This document shows positions 13,375 to 26,634 of a stretch of 64,000 nt of DNA, piece by piece. The first letter of the stretch is position 1. Each line of letters begins with the position of its first letter. The stretch is from NCBI RefSeq assembly GCF_022539665.2, contig NC_081331.1, forward strand, positions 496,001 to 560,000. The letters run 5' to 3'. Position numbers and translations under genes: made by a program. Under the pieces are notes generated by a model, which made no database searches, was not told where the DNA came from, and saw only the letters and a program-made list of their open reading frames with translations. The DNA is from Daphnia carinata (lineage: Eukaryota).

Positions 13375-14106
13375 GGCCGAGGCCAACCGTTTGGCTCTTA
13401 CATTGAGCCGAACAGTGTCTGAAAAGCTTCCCAGACTTTTCCCACAGGCCTAAAGAACAAAACAATAGTTAAATCCAATATATTGTAACGAAATTTAAAA
13501 TATTAGATTTGTTAAACAAGAAATATAAATAAAACTGGAAATAAAAAGTCATTTGAAAGTTGCCCTAAACCCTTGTAATAGAGTTAAAAACGGACATCCG
13601 GAAATGTAAATAGATCCCGGGAATGATACAAGGTTGTCGTCGATCTTGCATCAGTGGATCGTGGGTTTCGCGTTGGTGGAGGGGAGTATATAAAAATGGT
13701 AGAATATAGAGTTGGGGGGGGGGGTAAGAGAGATACAGAGAGAGAGATTCTGGTTTTAATTTGTCTGTATAACGCTAGTTAGTTTTTGGTGACGGTCGGT
13801 GTTTGTGCGGATGGTTTCGTTTTGATAGTTTAAGTGGTACCGTGCAGTTGTTCCTTTGTTTTGGTTAGTGTAGAGGCCCGGCGGCCTGACATGTTAGACT
13901 TCAGTTCTGTGATAAACTAATATCAGACCGAAGAATAACTATCAAGACTAACAGGTGGCCAAAAGCACGTCAATCCATTTACAAAACAGAAAATATCCCC
14001 GACGTATTGTGGGTCTCTGTCCAAGACCGCGTTACAATATATTTACTTTATAATAGTTCTTACCAACCATACCCATAAGTCCTGTTAACCAGTCCAACAC
14101 AAACAT
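11263..14106 (-). pseudogene. SAR1: Rearranged, divergent Sar1 GTPase pseudogene
   Basis: Exon 1 (14106-14064) reads MFVLDWLTGLMGMVG. Exon 2 from 13449 reads LWEKSGKL with the P-loop deleted. SEELVIGNIRFTTFDLGGH, AIVFLVDAFD..ESKNEL.SLLAD, ILGNKID and [22 protein letters not shown] occur in both palindrome arms (stops at 11263-11265 on - and 12608-12610 on +). Confidence 0.92.
13484..14036 (+). mobile_element. Solo LTR (Ty3/gypsy-like) in Sar1 intron 1
   Basis: Termini TGTAACG...CGTTACA, flanking ATAT target-site duplication and internal TATATAAAA near 13687. Removing the element and one TSD leaves a 57 nt intron. Strand is inferred from the TATA only. Confidence 0.85.
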
Positions 14107-15085
14107 TTTGAGTGTCGAAATAAATTGACAGAGCAGGAATGTTAAATCACTCATGAACGCTAACTTTTACTGGACCTAGTGCTATGAAATCGGGAAAAGC
14201 AGAAACAGTTGAAGAAACCAGCCTGATATGTACGTCATACACAAGCAAACGTGAAAGGTCAACAATTGAGGAGCCAGAAAAAATGATAGGACTAAAAAGG
14301 GTTGGCGTTCATCAGCTTTCCTTAATTCGCCAGTTGCTGTACAAACAGAACTTCCGACAATCAAAATGGAGCACTTCACACACACACCTCTGTATTCGAA
14401 TAAATTAGGGGTCACAAGATTGACTATGAATATCAATTGCAATCCAGTCTGACTTAAGCTCGGTGGTACTCCCCCAACGTATCTCTCAAGACCTGTATGT
14501 TAACGTATGCCTTAAAGCCGACGTCAGCATCACGACAGAGCCGTTAAATAACTATGCGTTATTGGGAATTCTAAAATTTTCGTCCTATTTAGATTGAGAT
14601 AATGTGAAAAAAAATTGGCTTTTTATTCGAAATAAACGAATTAATATTGAGAGTATTTTTAAATAAGTTTTAATTCGGAGATTTGACAACTGTTTTCATA
14701 GAAACGAAGAAGGGTCCGATAAATTGAGCGACCTATCTTGCCCTCAGTTTCCACAGCGCCCTTTGCCCCTTTGTTGCCCTCAGTTTCCACATGGAGTTAA
14801 TTTAAGTCAGACGGGTTTGGTGGAATGGTCTTTTTAGTTGGAGACCATGGGCACAACGGGGTTTTGTTTGAACAAGTGATTTTAACAGTTTCCCCAGCAA
14901 ATACTGCCCATTCGATTACAGCATTAAATGCTTTTGAAAATCCAGTGCCAAGTTATGTTTGGGTTTGATGTTCAATCTAATGCATTTCCCCAAAAAATCA
15001 ACTATGTTGGCAGGTTAGTAAAAAAAAAAAAAAAATTAAAATAACGTATTCACTGCTGAATGTGGTCTTATGGGATACATCTAGC

Positions 15086-18000
15086 CTTGAATGCTTCAAG
15101 ATATTAAGCTACCTGAAGGATGCATATCAGGAAGATATTGTTTTACCGATTCCCCTTCAGTAGTTACACGAAACCGTTTCACATGCTGGTAAAAACTTAT
15201 TTATTTCTGAATTTGTTTTAGAACTTAAAGCTAGAGAAAAAGTTTAGGGCACAATTTAATATATTTTTTAAATAGGCAAATTAATAATGATGTCCTGGAA
15301 TTAGTTGAGCATAGCTTAGGTTTAAACCTTCATGGAAACTGTCTACTCATTAGATTTCAAGGATTAGCGATCCTGGAGGAAACATCCATACATGAAACTA
15401 GAAACAGTGTTGTCATCTTGGTCTCTACTATATCTTCAGTTCATCTTCTCGTTCTACCACATCCATCAAAACATAATGATCCATCAGCATTCAGTTCAAT
15501 GGGAACCAATATATCTGTCCCCTCTATTTTCACTGAAGCCTCGCTCCCATGGTTGAGTGAATCCTTCAGCCACCAGGTCATCAATAGCACCACTGCAAAT
15601 GTTTCCCTTCCCAGCACAGCAGCATCCTGTTTATCTGCCAATGGAAAAGAAGCTCTGTTTGCTTTGGCAAACACTACGTCAATATCTCTTATTCGCATGG
15701 GTCAGACACCCTCTGCTGTGAGTACGTTTAATTTGCAGCCATCTTCGAATTTTCCTCGTTTGCTCTCCAGTTATCTACCAACTGTATTACGACGCACGTC
15801 AAAGCAAGAAAACGAAGAAACCACGACTACTATTTGCTTGCTGCCAACAAACGATGACATTCTCGTATTGGCCGTAAGCAAAGGCTTGAAGTTGCGTATT
15901 TGATCAGCGACAACACAAGATTGCCGATTGGAATTTGACCTGATTGAGTTTCTTGGTGAGAAATCAGTTAAACAACTTGGCTCTCTTCACTGCATTCGGT
16001 GGTGCACGGAAGGTGAAAATTTCACACTGGGAGTCTTCTCTTCCTTTGGCAAAAAGAGGTCTTTCTACTTATCAATCTGCAAACGGGCCCTACACTCAAA
16101 TTAAATTTCCAGTCCTCCATCGCGGCACAGCACAGTCGTTTGATTGATTTTAGCCAAGGAGCCAAGGAGTCAAGGAGAACATCTATGGGAATTTGCTGAA
16201 ACGACTCGGTTACAGTGGCAACAAATCGCCTTGGAGCCGGGGTTTGAATCAGACATTGAGCACGATGATACCGTTGTTGATCCGAAACAAGCCTACATGC
16301 AGGCACTTTTTAAACCCGGCGCATTCTCTGTTTCTACATTGAGCAAAGCTCTACAAGCTTTTGATCATTCCGGGGCAACCAAAAGAAGGAGAATGGGAGA
16401 CATCAAAGAAGATATCATTATGGCACTCGAGAGGGAGTTATCCGATCAATCAGCAGATGCAGGTGATCTGACGGAAGAAGACTACCTGCTACTCGCAGCC
16501 AAATGTTGGGCTCAGTTCTATGCCTATGTTGTACAATACCATTTGAAGCGACCCGTTCCCATCGGCTTGTTAATTGATGAAAATGCTGGCTTTCATGCTC
16601 TTCTTAAAAAAGGGTTGATTTCCTTTCGGCGTCCCTTAGATCTCGTTGAGAGTTTGGTTTTACAACGAGGAATTCGTTGGAATGAGCACCCACATGTAGA
16701 CGTCATTTCTCCGCTCTTTGGAGGCCAGCAATAAGCTTCCGGCCTTACTGCCCTACTTGAGGTAAAAATCACAACTTTAACTTTCTTCGCGATGGTGTAT
16801 AAACAGTTGCATTATTGCAGGTCCTGCTTCTCGTCAGCGATAATTTGTTGACAGAACAAATAACGTGATTTGACCATTCCATGTTCCAGTTATAAAGCGC
16901 GGATCAAATTGCTCGCGAAATTGCTAATGAACTCCTTGAGAACAAATCGCTCGACTTGCTGAACACCATGCACATCGCATTGCCTTCCGTCAATGTTTAC
17001 ATGGCTTTGTCTAGCCTGCTGCAACAGCTCAGTGTCGGCATGAATGGAGGCAATTCGAAATCAAGTGACATTTTCTTAAGCGGCAAAAATTCTCTGCGGT
17101 TGCTATTCAATGGAGCACTTGGATTAGGCGCACTAGCCGAATCGTCCCGACAGATGGCTGACTTGAGGTGGGCATATGTCATATGGTACACGAGAAATCA
17201 CGTTCTATATTTGATTTGATTTTTGTGGTTTCATGTAAAGATTGGGCTTGTGTCGAGATGGATATTGGATATCACTTGAGATTTGTTTGATATTTATTTA
17301 AAATTTCTTTAAGGTGTGAATGGAATACGTGCTCCCGTAAATTCCTCATGGCCGTCGCCCTGATGGCTCCTGGTGAAGGAGACAAGGCCAGTCGATGGAT
17401 GCTTGAGGCTGCTGAAGGAATAGTCAAGGAACAACTCCTGAGCTCCGTTGTTTTAAAAAGCGTGGATGAAAGTGGCGATTCCATGAGTCGCTCAGACCCA
17501 GTGATTCGCTTTCACCTCGTCTGCGTCCAGTTGCTAGAGCAAGCTGGGCTGAGCAGTGCCGCACTTCGTGTTGCACTGGTTGCGTTAAACGGTAGCAGAA
17601 AGGAAGACCCGCTGTTAGCTACAATATGGTCTGTTGTCGCCAAACTTCATTTGAACTTGGGTCATTATCAGGTATAAGAGAACATCTTACAACCAAATGA
17701 CATTGTACCTAAACCATATTTCAACAGGAAGCATATGAAGCCATTGTTAATAATCCGGATAGCAGTCAACGGCCCGAAACACTGGGACGTTTGGTCAATA
17801 TTTTGTTAGAGCGCAAACAGATGGACACTCTTCTAACCTTTCCTTACGCTGGATTGGAGTCAGAGTTGGAGAAAATAGTAGAAAGGCGGGCTCAATCATC
17901 GGACGTTCTGTCTATGACGCTTTACTATTCGTTCCTCTATGCCTTTAACGTCAGACAGGGTAAAATGCGCAAAGCTGCTGCTGTGATGCATGAACAGGTG

Positions 18001-19171
18001 AAGTGCACTATCGAGAAACAGCTTTTGGTTATGAAAACTAATATCCTCTGATGACAGGCACTTCGATATGGATGTGAAGGTGAATCTGCAAAAATGGTCA
18101 AATGTCTTTTGGCATGCCTCAACGCCCTGCGTTTAGTCTCGAGGCAGGAAGCTTGGCTGGTGAAACCAGTGACAGCTTCGTCTGTTCGGAAGAATTCATC
18201 AGGATCACTCAAGCATACAGTAGACGTCATCGAATATGCTGATATCGAAAAGGAGTATGAACTTAGCTACGCCTGTATTAATCTTGGACAGCCGATCACA
18301 TCGCTATCCGCCTCTGATGTAGTAGCTCTTTTGATTTCACGTAACCGCTATGAATCCGCGCTGCGCATTGCCAAGATTTTTGACGTAAAAGGTATAAAAT
18401 CTCACTGACTCCTTTCATGAGGCTTGATGTGTTTTTCTCAACAATCTAATCTTAACTAGATACTTCGCCCGTCGTGGAACACCTTGCTGCCAATTGCATG
18501 GCGTTATCGAGAGAACAGGCCAACGAAGATGATGCTTGGGTTTGGTTATCTCTGAATCAGTCCTCTGGAGTTGGTAAGGCTTCGGAACAGGCCTGGCGGT
18601 TACTGGAAAAGATTATACCGAAAGCTGAAGGAGGTGATAAAGAAACACGTTGCCATCGAGCGGCTGCCCGAAAAATTCTTGGCTTGGATTGCACTCTGCC
18701 TTATTGGTTGGCCGCCAGCTACAAGTTGAGGAATCCCGGTGAACTTATCAGCCTCTATCATCAGGCAAGACTTCTGGAAGATGCAGCCCAGGTATTTTAG
18801 TTTCTGATTCTGTCAGTTTTAATTTAAAAATATTACTTGACAAAATCTATCAGGTGGCTCTCGAACTGGTGGATGCTATGCTAGGCAAAGGTAAGGAATA
18901 CTTTGGGTTCACCAGCAATCCGCTTCAGATCAACGCTCCTGCTATCTGGCTGCCCTACACCGTTATAGATCGTTTAATCATGGAATTGGAAGCCAATTCA
19001 AACGATTCTACCTACAAGATGGTAAATATTCTCTTTGTAACTTGTTTTTATAACCGCTTCAGTTCTTATTTGTATGTTTAGTTGCTGAAAGACATGAAGG
19101 ATAAATTGGAGACTTACTTCCATACCGCTGAACGTGTCAGTCGCTCTATTCTCGAATTATCCGTGTCTTAG
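15086..19171 (+). pseudogene. NUP160: Partial tandem duplicate of NUP160 (duplicated block 15086-19426 corresponds to 5201-10136)
   Basis: Exon 1 is missing. Stops at 15901, 16732, 16866 and 16893, a frameshift near 16058, and deletions at ~16155 and ~17260 (~570 nt). The 3' part is nearly identical to copy 1. Confidence 0.93.
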
Positions 19172-19711
19172 CCTGCCTATTTTACGAAAATGTGAACTCC
19201 GTATTTTCATTTTACTGTATAATGAAATATCGAGAATACCTTTGAATCCAATAAATTCATGTGTATGTGACTGGAATTGTAAACGCAATTACACCAGTAT
19301 ATGCAGTTTAAAATCACAGAAAAGCGCTCACTGTGTTCAAGAAATTGACGGAAAAAACAGGTAATTATTAAATTTGTTGATATTAGTGTAAATTTTTTTT
19401 TGTTTAATAGATTTTTGTATGAGGAAAACTAACTGTAATCTAACCGTTAGAATTCTAGAGAAAGTTGGAGGTAGGGTATAGTTAATGACCCGGAAGACCT
19501 TGGTTCTTTGTCCTTTTTTTGGAGAGGGGTCAAGCTTAAGGTCGAAATACGATTTGAGAGCAAGGTACCGTTTAAAGGTGTAGAAATCGATGAAACAAAA
19601 TAGGTCAAGAAGCCTCCATTTCTGGTCAAAAGGAGAAACTCTTATGCCTATGAGATTCTACAAATAAAATAGTTCTCAAAGTTTTTATGGTTTCCTGACA
19701 ATCTATCGAGG

Positions 19712-19718
19712 TATAAAA
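19712..19718 (+). promoter_or_regulatory. TATA box of the small secreted peptide gene
   Basis: TATAAAA upstream of a non-coding exon ending at a GTGAGT donor (~19835); acceptor at 19930. Confidence 0.6.
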
Positions 19719-19935
19719 GGTTGGAGGTGGTTCTAGGCTTGTACGCATAATTCATCTGACCAAGGAAGAACTCGGTTGCTTCTTGTTGTTCTTCAATCCA
19801 TTCAACTAGGAACAAGTTTCTATCTAAATTTCGGTGAGTGCTAAGAAGCGAACAACATCTATTTATTAATTACGGAAAAGCTTTTTTTATTTCCGTATCT
19901 AAACAGTGTGTAATGAAAAGCTCTTGTTAGGTAAC

Positions 19936-20139
19936 ATGATGAAAATTATTCTTGCACTGGCTGTCCTTGTAGCTGTTTTCAGCATGGAGATCTTAGCCGC
20001 TAGTTTACAGAATCAACAAATTCATGAAGAAACACCAGCAGAAGAGAGGACATTTGGCCTGCTGGCGTTATTTGCAATTTGGCCTGCTATTAAAGGCTTT
20101 TTCAAAAGCATCTTTGCTCCCGCTGCTGTTACCTACTAG
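19936..20139 (+). CDS. 67-aa secreted prepro-peptide (signal, acidic pro-piece ending EER, hydrophobic/amphipathic mature peptide)
   Basis: MMKIILALAVLVAVFSMEILA-ASLQNQQIHEETPAEER-TFGLLALFAIWPAIKGFFKSIFAPAAVTY*. The ATG follows a splice acceptor and a TATA box lies upstream. Confidence 0.75.
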   Translation: MMKIILALAVLVAVFSMEILAASLQNQQIHEETPAEERTFGLLALFAIWPAIKGFFKSIFAPAAVTY

Positions 20140-20629
20140 ATGATGTTGCAAGAGAAGTCTCAACTTGCACATTTTGATCGAGTAGTAAGCAAGATTTTCA
20201 CAATGTAAATAACATGTCACATCCGAATTAAGGTGTTGATTCACGGGTGTTTCGGGTACCTTCACTGCCATTCAGTGTGCTGGGCGCAAATACAATGAGC
20301 AATTTTCTACAAAAATGTTGCGTTTTAATTCTCCGGATTTAAGTTTTTAAACTAACGTTAGTTTTAAAAAACGACTTCCAGCAAAAATGAAACCGTTACC
20401 AAATGGTATCACGGTATCACTATTTGGAACTCGTTTTTGTGCGACTTGGCAACATGCAGAGATACGCAATAATTCGAAATTTCGAGCCGGCTTCTGACTA
20501 CGCCTGATGTTACAGTTTTCGTGTTAAATTTTTAAGTTTACTATTTATTATAATAATAAATTCAGAAATTTCTTTCACCACGAAGAGGCTAAGTCTGACT
20601 ACGTTTTGGTAACTTAATCTTTAAATTAA

Positions 20630-23594
<2,965 letters not shown>

Positions 23595-23904
23595 AATATG
23601 AAACCTAGAACGAAACTGAAATACCCATTCTAGAAAAGAAGGAAATGAATAAAACAAAAATGAATAGATTGTATAATGAGAAAAAAATGTATGCGTTATC
23701 GACGAGCAGGTCTGAAGACTTCTCATTGTTTCGGTTAAAAATAATTTTTTTGTCCGTTTAAAATTGCCGCTACTCAGCTTGTATCCGTCCAGATGTTTGG
23801 GGCTTTACCATAAATAAATTTGCTGTTCTTCCGATTTGACAAAGATAATTGAAGTTGTTTTACTCTAATTAAAAAAACTTTATACGTAACGGAAAAACTG
23901 CCCT

Positions 23905-26035
23905 GCCAGCGATCAATTTAGAATCGAAATAATGTATTCTTAACTAAATCTAAAATTCGACGAAAATTGAAAACGTGAGAAGGCTATAGCCTTTTCATTT
24001 TGAAGAAAATCATCAAAAATGGACATCTCTCAGAATTCAATAAAAAAAACATACATTATGCTCAAAATCAAACGCTGATTCTAACTGGCGTATTAGTTTA
24101 GCCGTTCCTATGAAGTTTTTTAATTATGCGCAATCAAAGTAGTTATAGCGCAACTACTTAAATAGTTTAGATAATTCGAAAACTATAAACTCTATGTAAA
24201 AACAAAATTCATTTTCATGATTCTTGTTAAATTTTCGTGATCCTCGTCTATTTTCGTGATCCTCGTTAAATTTTGAATCTAAATCATATTAGTTATCTAT
24301 ATTTATTGATATTATTTTTTAAAGGGAAAAATTTTTAAGCCCGACAAAATAAGCCCTACTTTCCCATATTTTATATTTTAGATTTCTCAAAATCCGTAAA
24401 TGCCATTCCGGAAAAAGTTCATTTTCGTGATTCTGGATAAATTTTGAATCTAAATCATGTATAGTTATCTAGATTTATTGATATTATTTTTTTTTTTTAT
24501 TTGGGCTTATTTTGTCGGGCTTAAAATTTCTTTCGCACCTACTTTTATATTGTAGATAATTTAAAAACCATAAACTCCACGCCAAAACGAAGTTCATTGT
24601 CGTGACTCTGGTTAAGTTTTGAATCTAAATCATGCATACTTTTCTTTATTTATTGATTATTTAAGAAAAATGGATTAACTTCGATGTGTCGCGCTAGCGC
24701 TGTAGCGTACTGGCGCGCCACAACAATATATGTGGCCGATGGAAATTTTAAGCCCGACAAAAAAATAGGCCCGACTTTTCCTTTTAAAAAATAATACCAT
24801 TAAATATAGATTACTATATATGATTTAGATTCTAAATTTAACGAGGATCACGAAAATAACATAGAAATAATATACGTAGACCTTATGGATTTTGAGTAAT
24901 CGATGAACCTTGATGTGTCACGCTAGCGCTGTAGCGTACCGGAGCGCTAGTATGAATAGAAAAAGTCGGGCTTAAAAATTTTTCCTTTAAAAAAATAATA
25001 TCAAGAAATCTAGATAACTATACATGATTTAGATTCCAAATTTAACGAGGATCACGAAAATAGACGTTGTTTTTACGTAGAATTTGTGGATTTTGATTAA
25101 TCAAAGAACTTTGATGTGTCACGCTAGCGCTGTAGCGTACTGGCACGCTAGTACGCTCGACTTAGTCTGGCTTAAATTTACCCCGACTTTCCTTTCCCGA
25201 CCTCATTTTCTTCGTTTTCCTTCATTTTATTAAACCCAATGGCAAAATAAACCCGATTTTTGTGATCAGCGATCAATTTCGCATCGGAATAATGTATTTT
25301 CTTACTAAATTTAGAATTTGACGAAAATCGAAAAAGTGGGAAGGCTATAGCCTTCTCATTTTTACGAAAATCGTCGAAAAGCAACATCTCTTGGAATTGG
25401 GCGAAAATCACAGGTTATAATCAAAATTGAACGCTGATCTCGAATCAGTAATTTATTTTGTCCTTAAACCAGCCGTTTTTTAAATAAAGGAAAAGGTGCT
25501 GCTAGCGCACCACCTTAATTTTTTGTTTTTTACGGTTAATTCAAAACCCGTAAGCCCAACGTCAAAATAAACCCGATTTTCGTGATCAACGATCAATTTC
25601 GAATCGGAATAATGTTTTTAAAACTAAATTTAGAATTTGATGAAAATTGAAAAAGTGGAAAGGCCTTCTCATTTTGACAAAATCATCAAAAATGGACATC
25701 TTTCAGAATTTAATAAAAAAACAGAAATTATGCTCAAAATCAAACGCTGGTTCTAGCTGGTATGGTAGTTTTTCCGTTACATCTGAAGTTTTTAAATTAT
25801 GTGCAATCAAAGTAGGTATAACGCAACTACCTAAATATTTTAGATAATTCGAAAACTATACAAAATTCATTTTCATGATTCTAGTTAAATTTTGAATTTA
25901 AATCATGTATAGCTATCTAGATTTATTGATATTATTTTTTAAAAGGAAACTTTTTTAAGCCCTATTATAAAAGTAGTTGCGCTATTACTACTTTAATTGC
26001 GCTAGCTAGCGCTGTCGCGTATTGGCGTGCTAGTG
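23905..26035. repeat. Complex nested direct/inverted repeat array (non-autonomous DNA transposon or foldback-like)
   Basis: Recurring GCTAGCGCTGTAGCGTAC, AAGCCCGAC/GTCGGGCTT and TTTTGAATCTAAATCAT modules in both orientations. 23909-24200 resembles 25590-25860. No transposase ORF. Confidence 0.8.
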
Positions 26036-26312
26036 TTAAAACTATGATAGGATCTAAATGTGATACCATCTCATTTAGACAGAATTCCTTTTGAAAAATT
26101 CAAAGGCCGCTATAAATTAGTTGTCGTGTTCCTTTTGTTTCGTGACTGCTATCTAACTTTTGCGTAATGCGTAAGAAGGGGCATTAAAAAAATAACAAGA
26201 GGTTCATTTGGCGGAACAGAATCCTTTTATTGACAAGACTGATAAGGAAAACATGTGAAAATGTCATGCTCAGCGCTGTTCCGTTAGCGCACCTCAAGAA
26301 CCGATCAACTCA

Positions 26313-26345
26313 TATATAATCCCCCGAAAAGGTAGCTGAATCAGT
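26313..26345 (+). promoter_or_regulatory. Pol II core promoter: TATATAA at -30 plus TCAGT initiator (A+1 = 26343)
   Basis: TATATAA at 26313-26319 and TCAGT at 26341-26345, canonical arthropod spacing. Confidence 0.55.
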
Positions 26346-26543
26346 GCCGCGAAAGTTGAGACAACCTTTACATTTCCTGCCATCATTTGATGTTCTTCAG
26401 ACTAGCGGATGCAAGCGTCGAGATGTTGGCCAGCACTTTTAACGAATGCAATACCGACATCACAACACATGCATTCAAGCTGCGCCGTGAAGAAGAAGAG
26501 TGAAGCAGGAAATGTAGATGGTGTACTCTATTCGCGGTGCTGA
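26341..26543 (+). ncRNA. Candidate long imperfect hairpin RNA
   Basis: Six nested helices totalling 55 bp with 7 G:U pairs that pair only on the + strand. Confidence 0.55.
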
Positions 26544-26634
26544 ACAACACCATTAACGGGTGAGTCGACCAGTCCCTTTGGATTGCTACACGGAAAGAGC
26601 GTTATTTAAGTTAGAACAAGCATTAGTACAAGTT

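Noticed and set aside
14441..14818. 11 nt inverted pair GTCTGACTTAA/TTAAGTCAGAC and an 18 nt direct repeat near 14738-14791
   Set aside because: Too short, and no clear TSD to call a MITE.
24680..25150. Recurrent GCTAGCGCTGTAGCGTAC as a CRISPR-like array
   Set aside because: Intervening sequences are themselves repetitive and irregular; eukaryotic context with no cas genes.
26390..26503. 37-aa ORF MFFRLADAS...EEEE inside the hairpin
   Set aside because: Very short, buried in stem structure and without recognisable motifs; not excluded without Ribo-seq.
26516..26537. Faint similarity of the hairpin 3' arm to Sec23 exon 1 (GAYGGTGTAC...TTCG)
   Set aside because: Too short and mismatched to support a target relationship.
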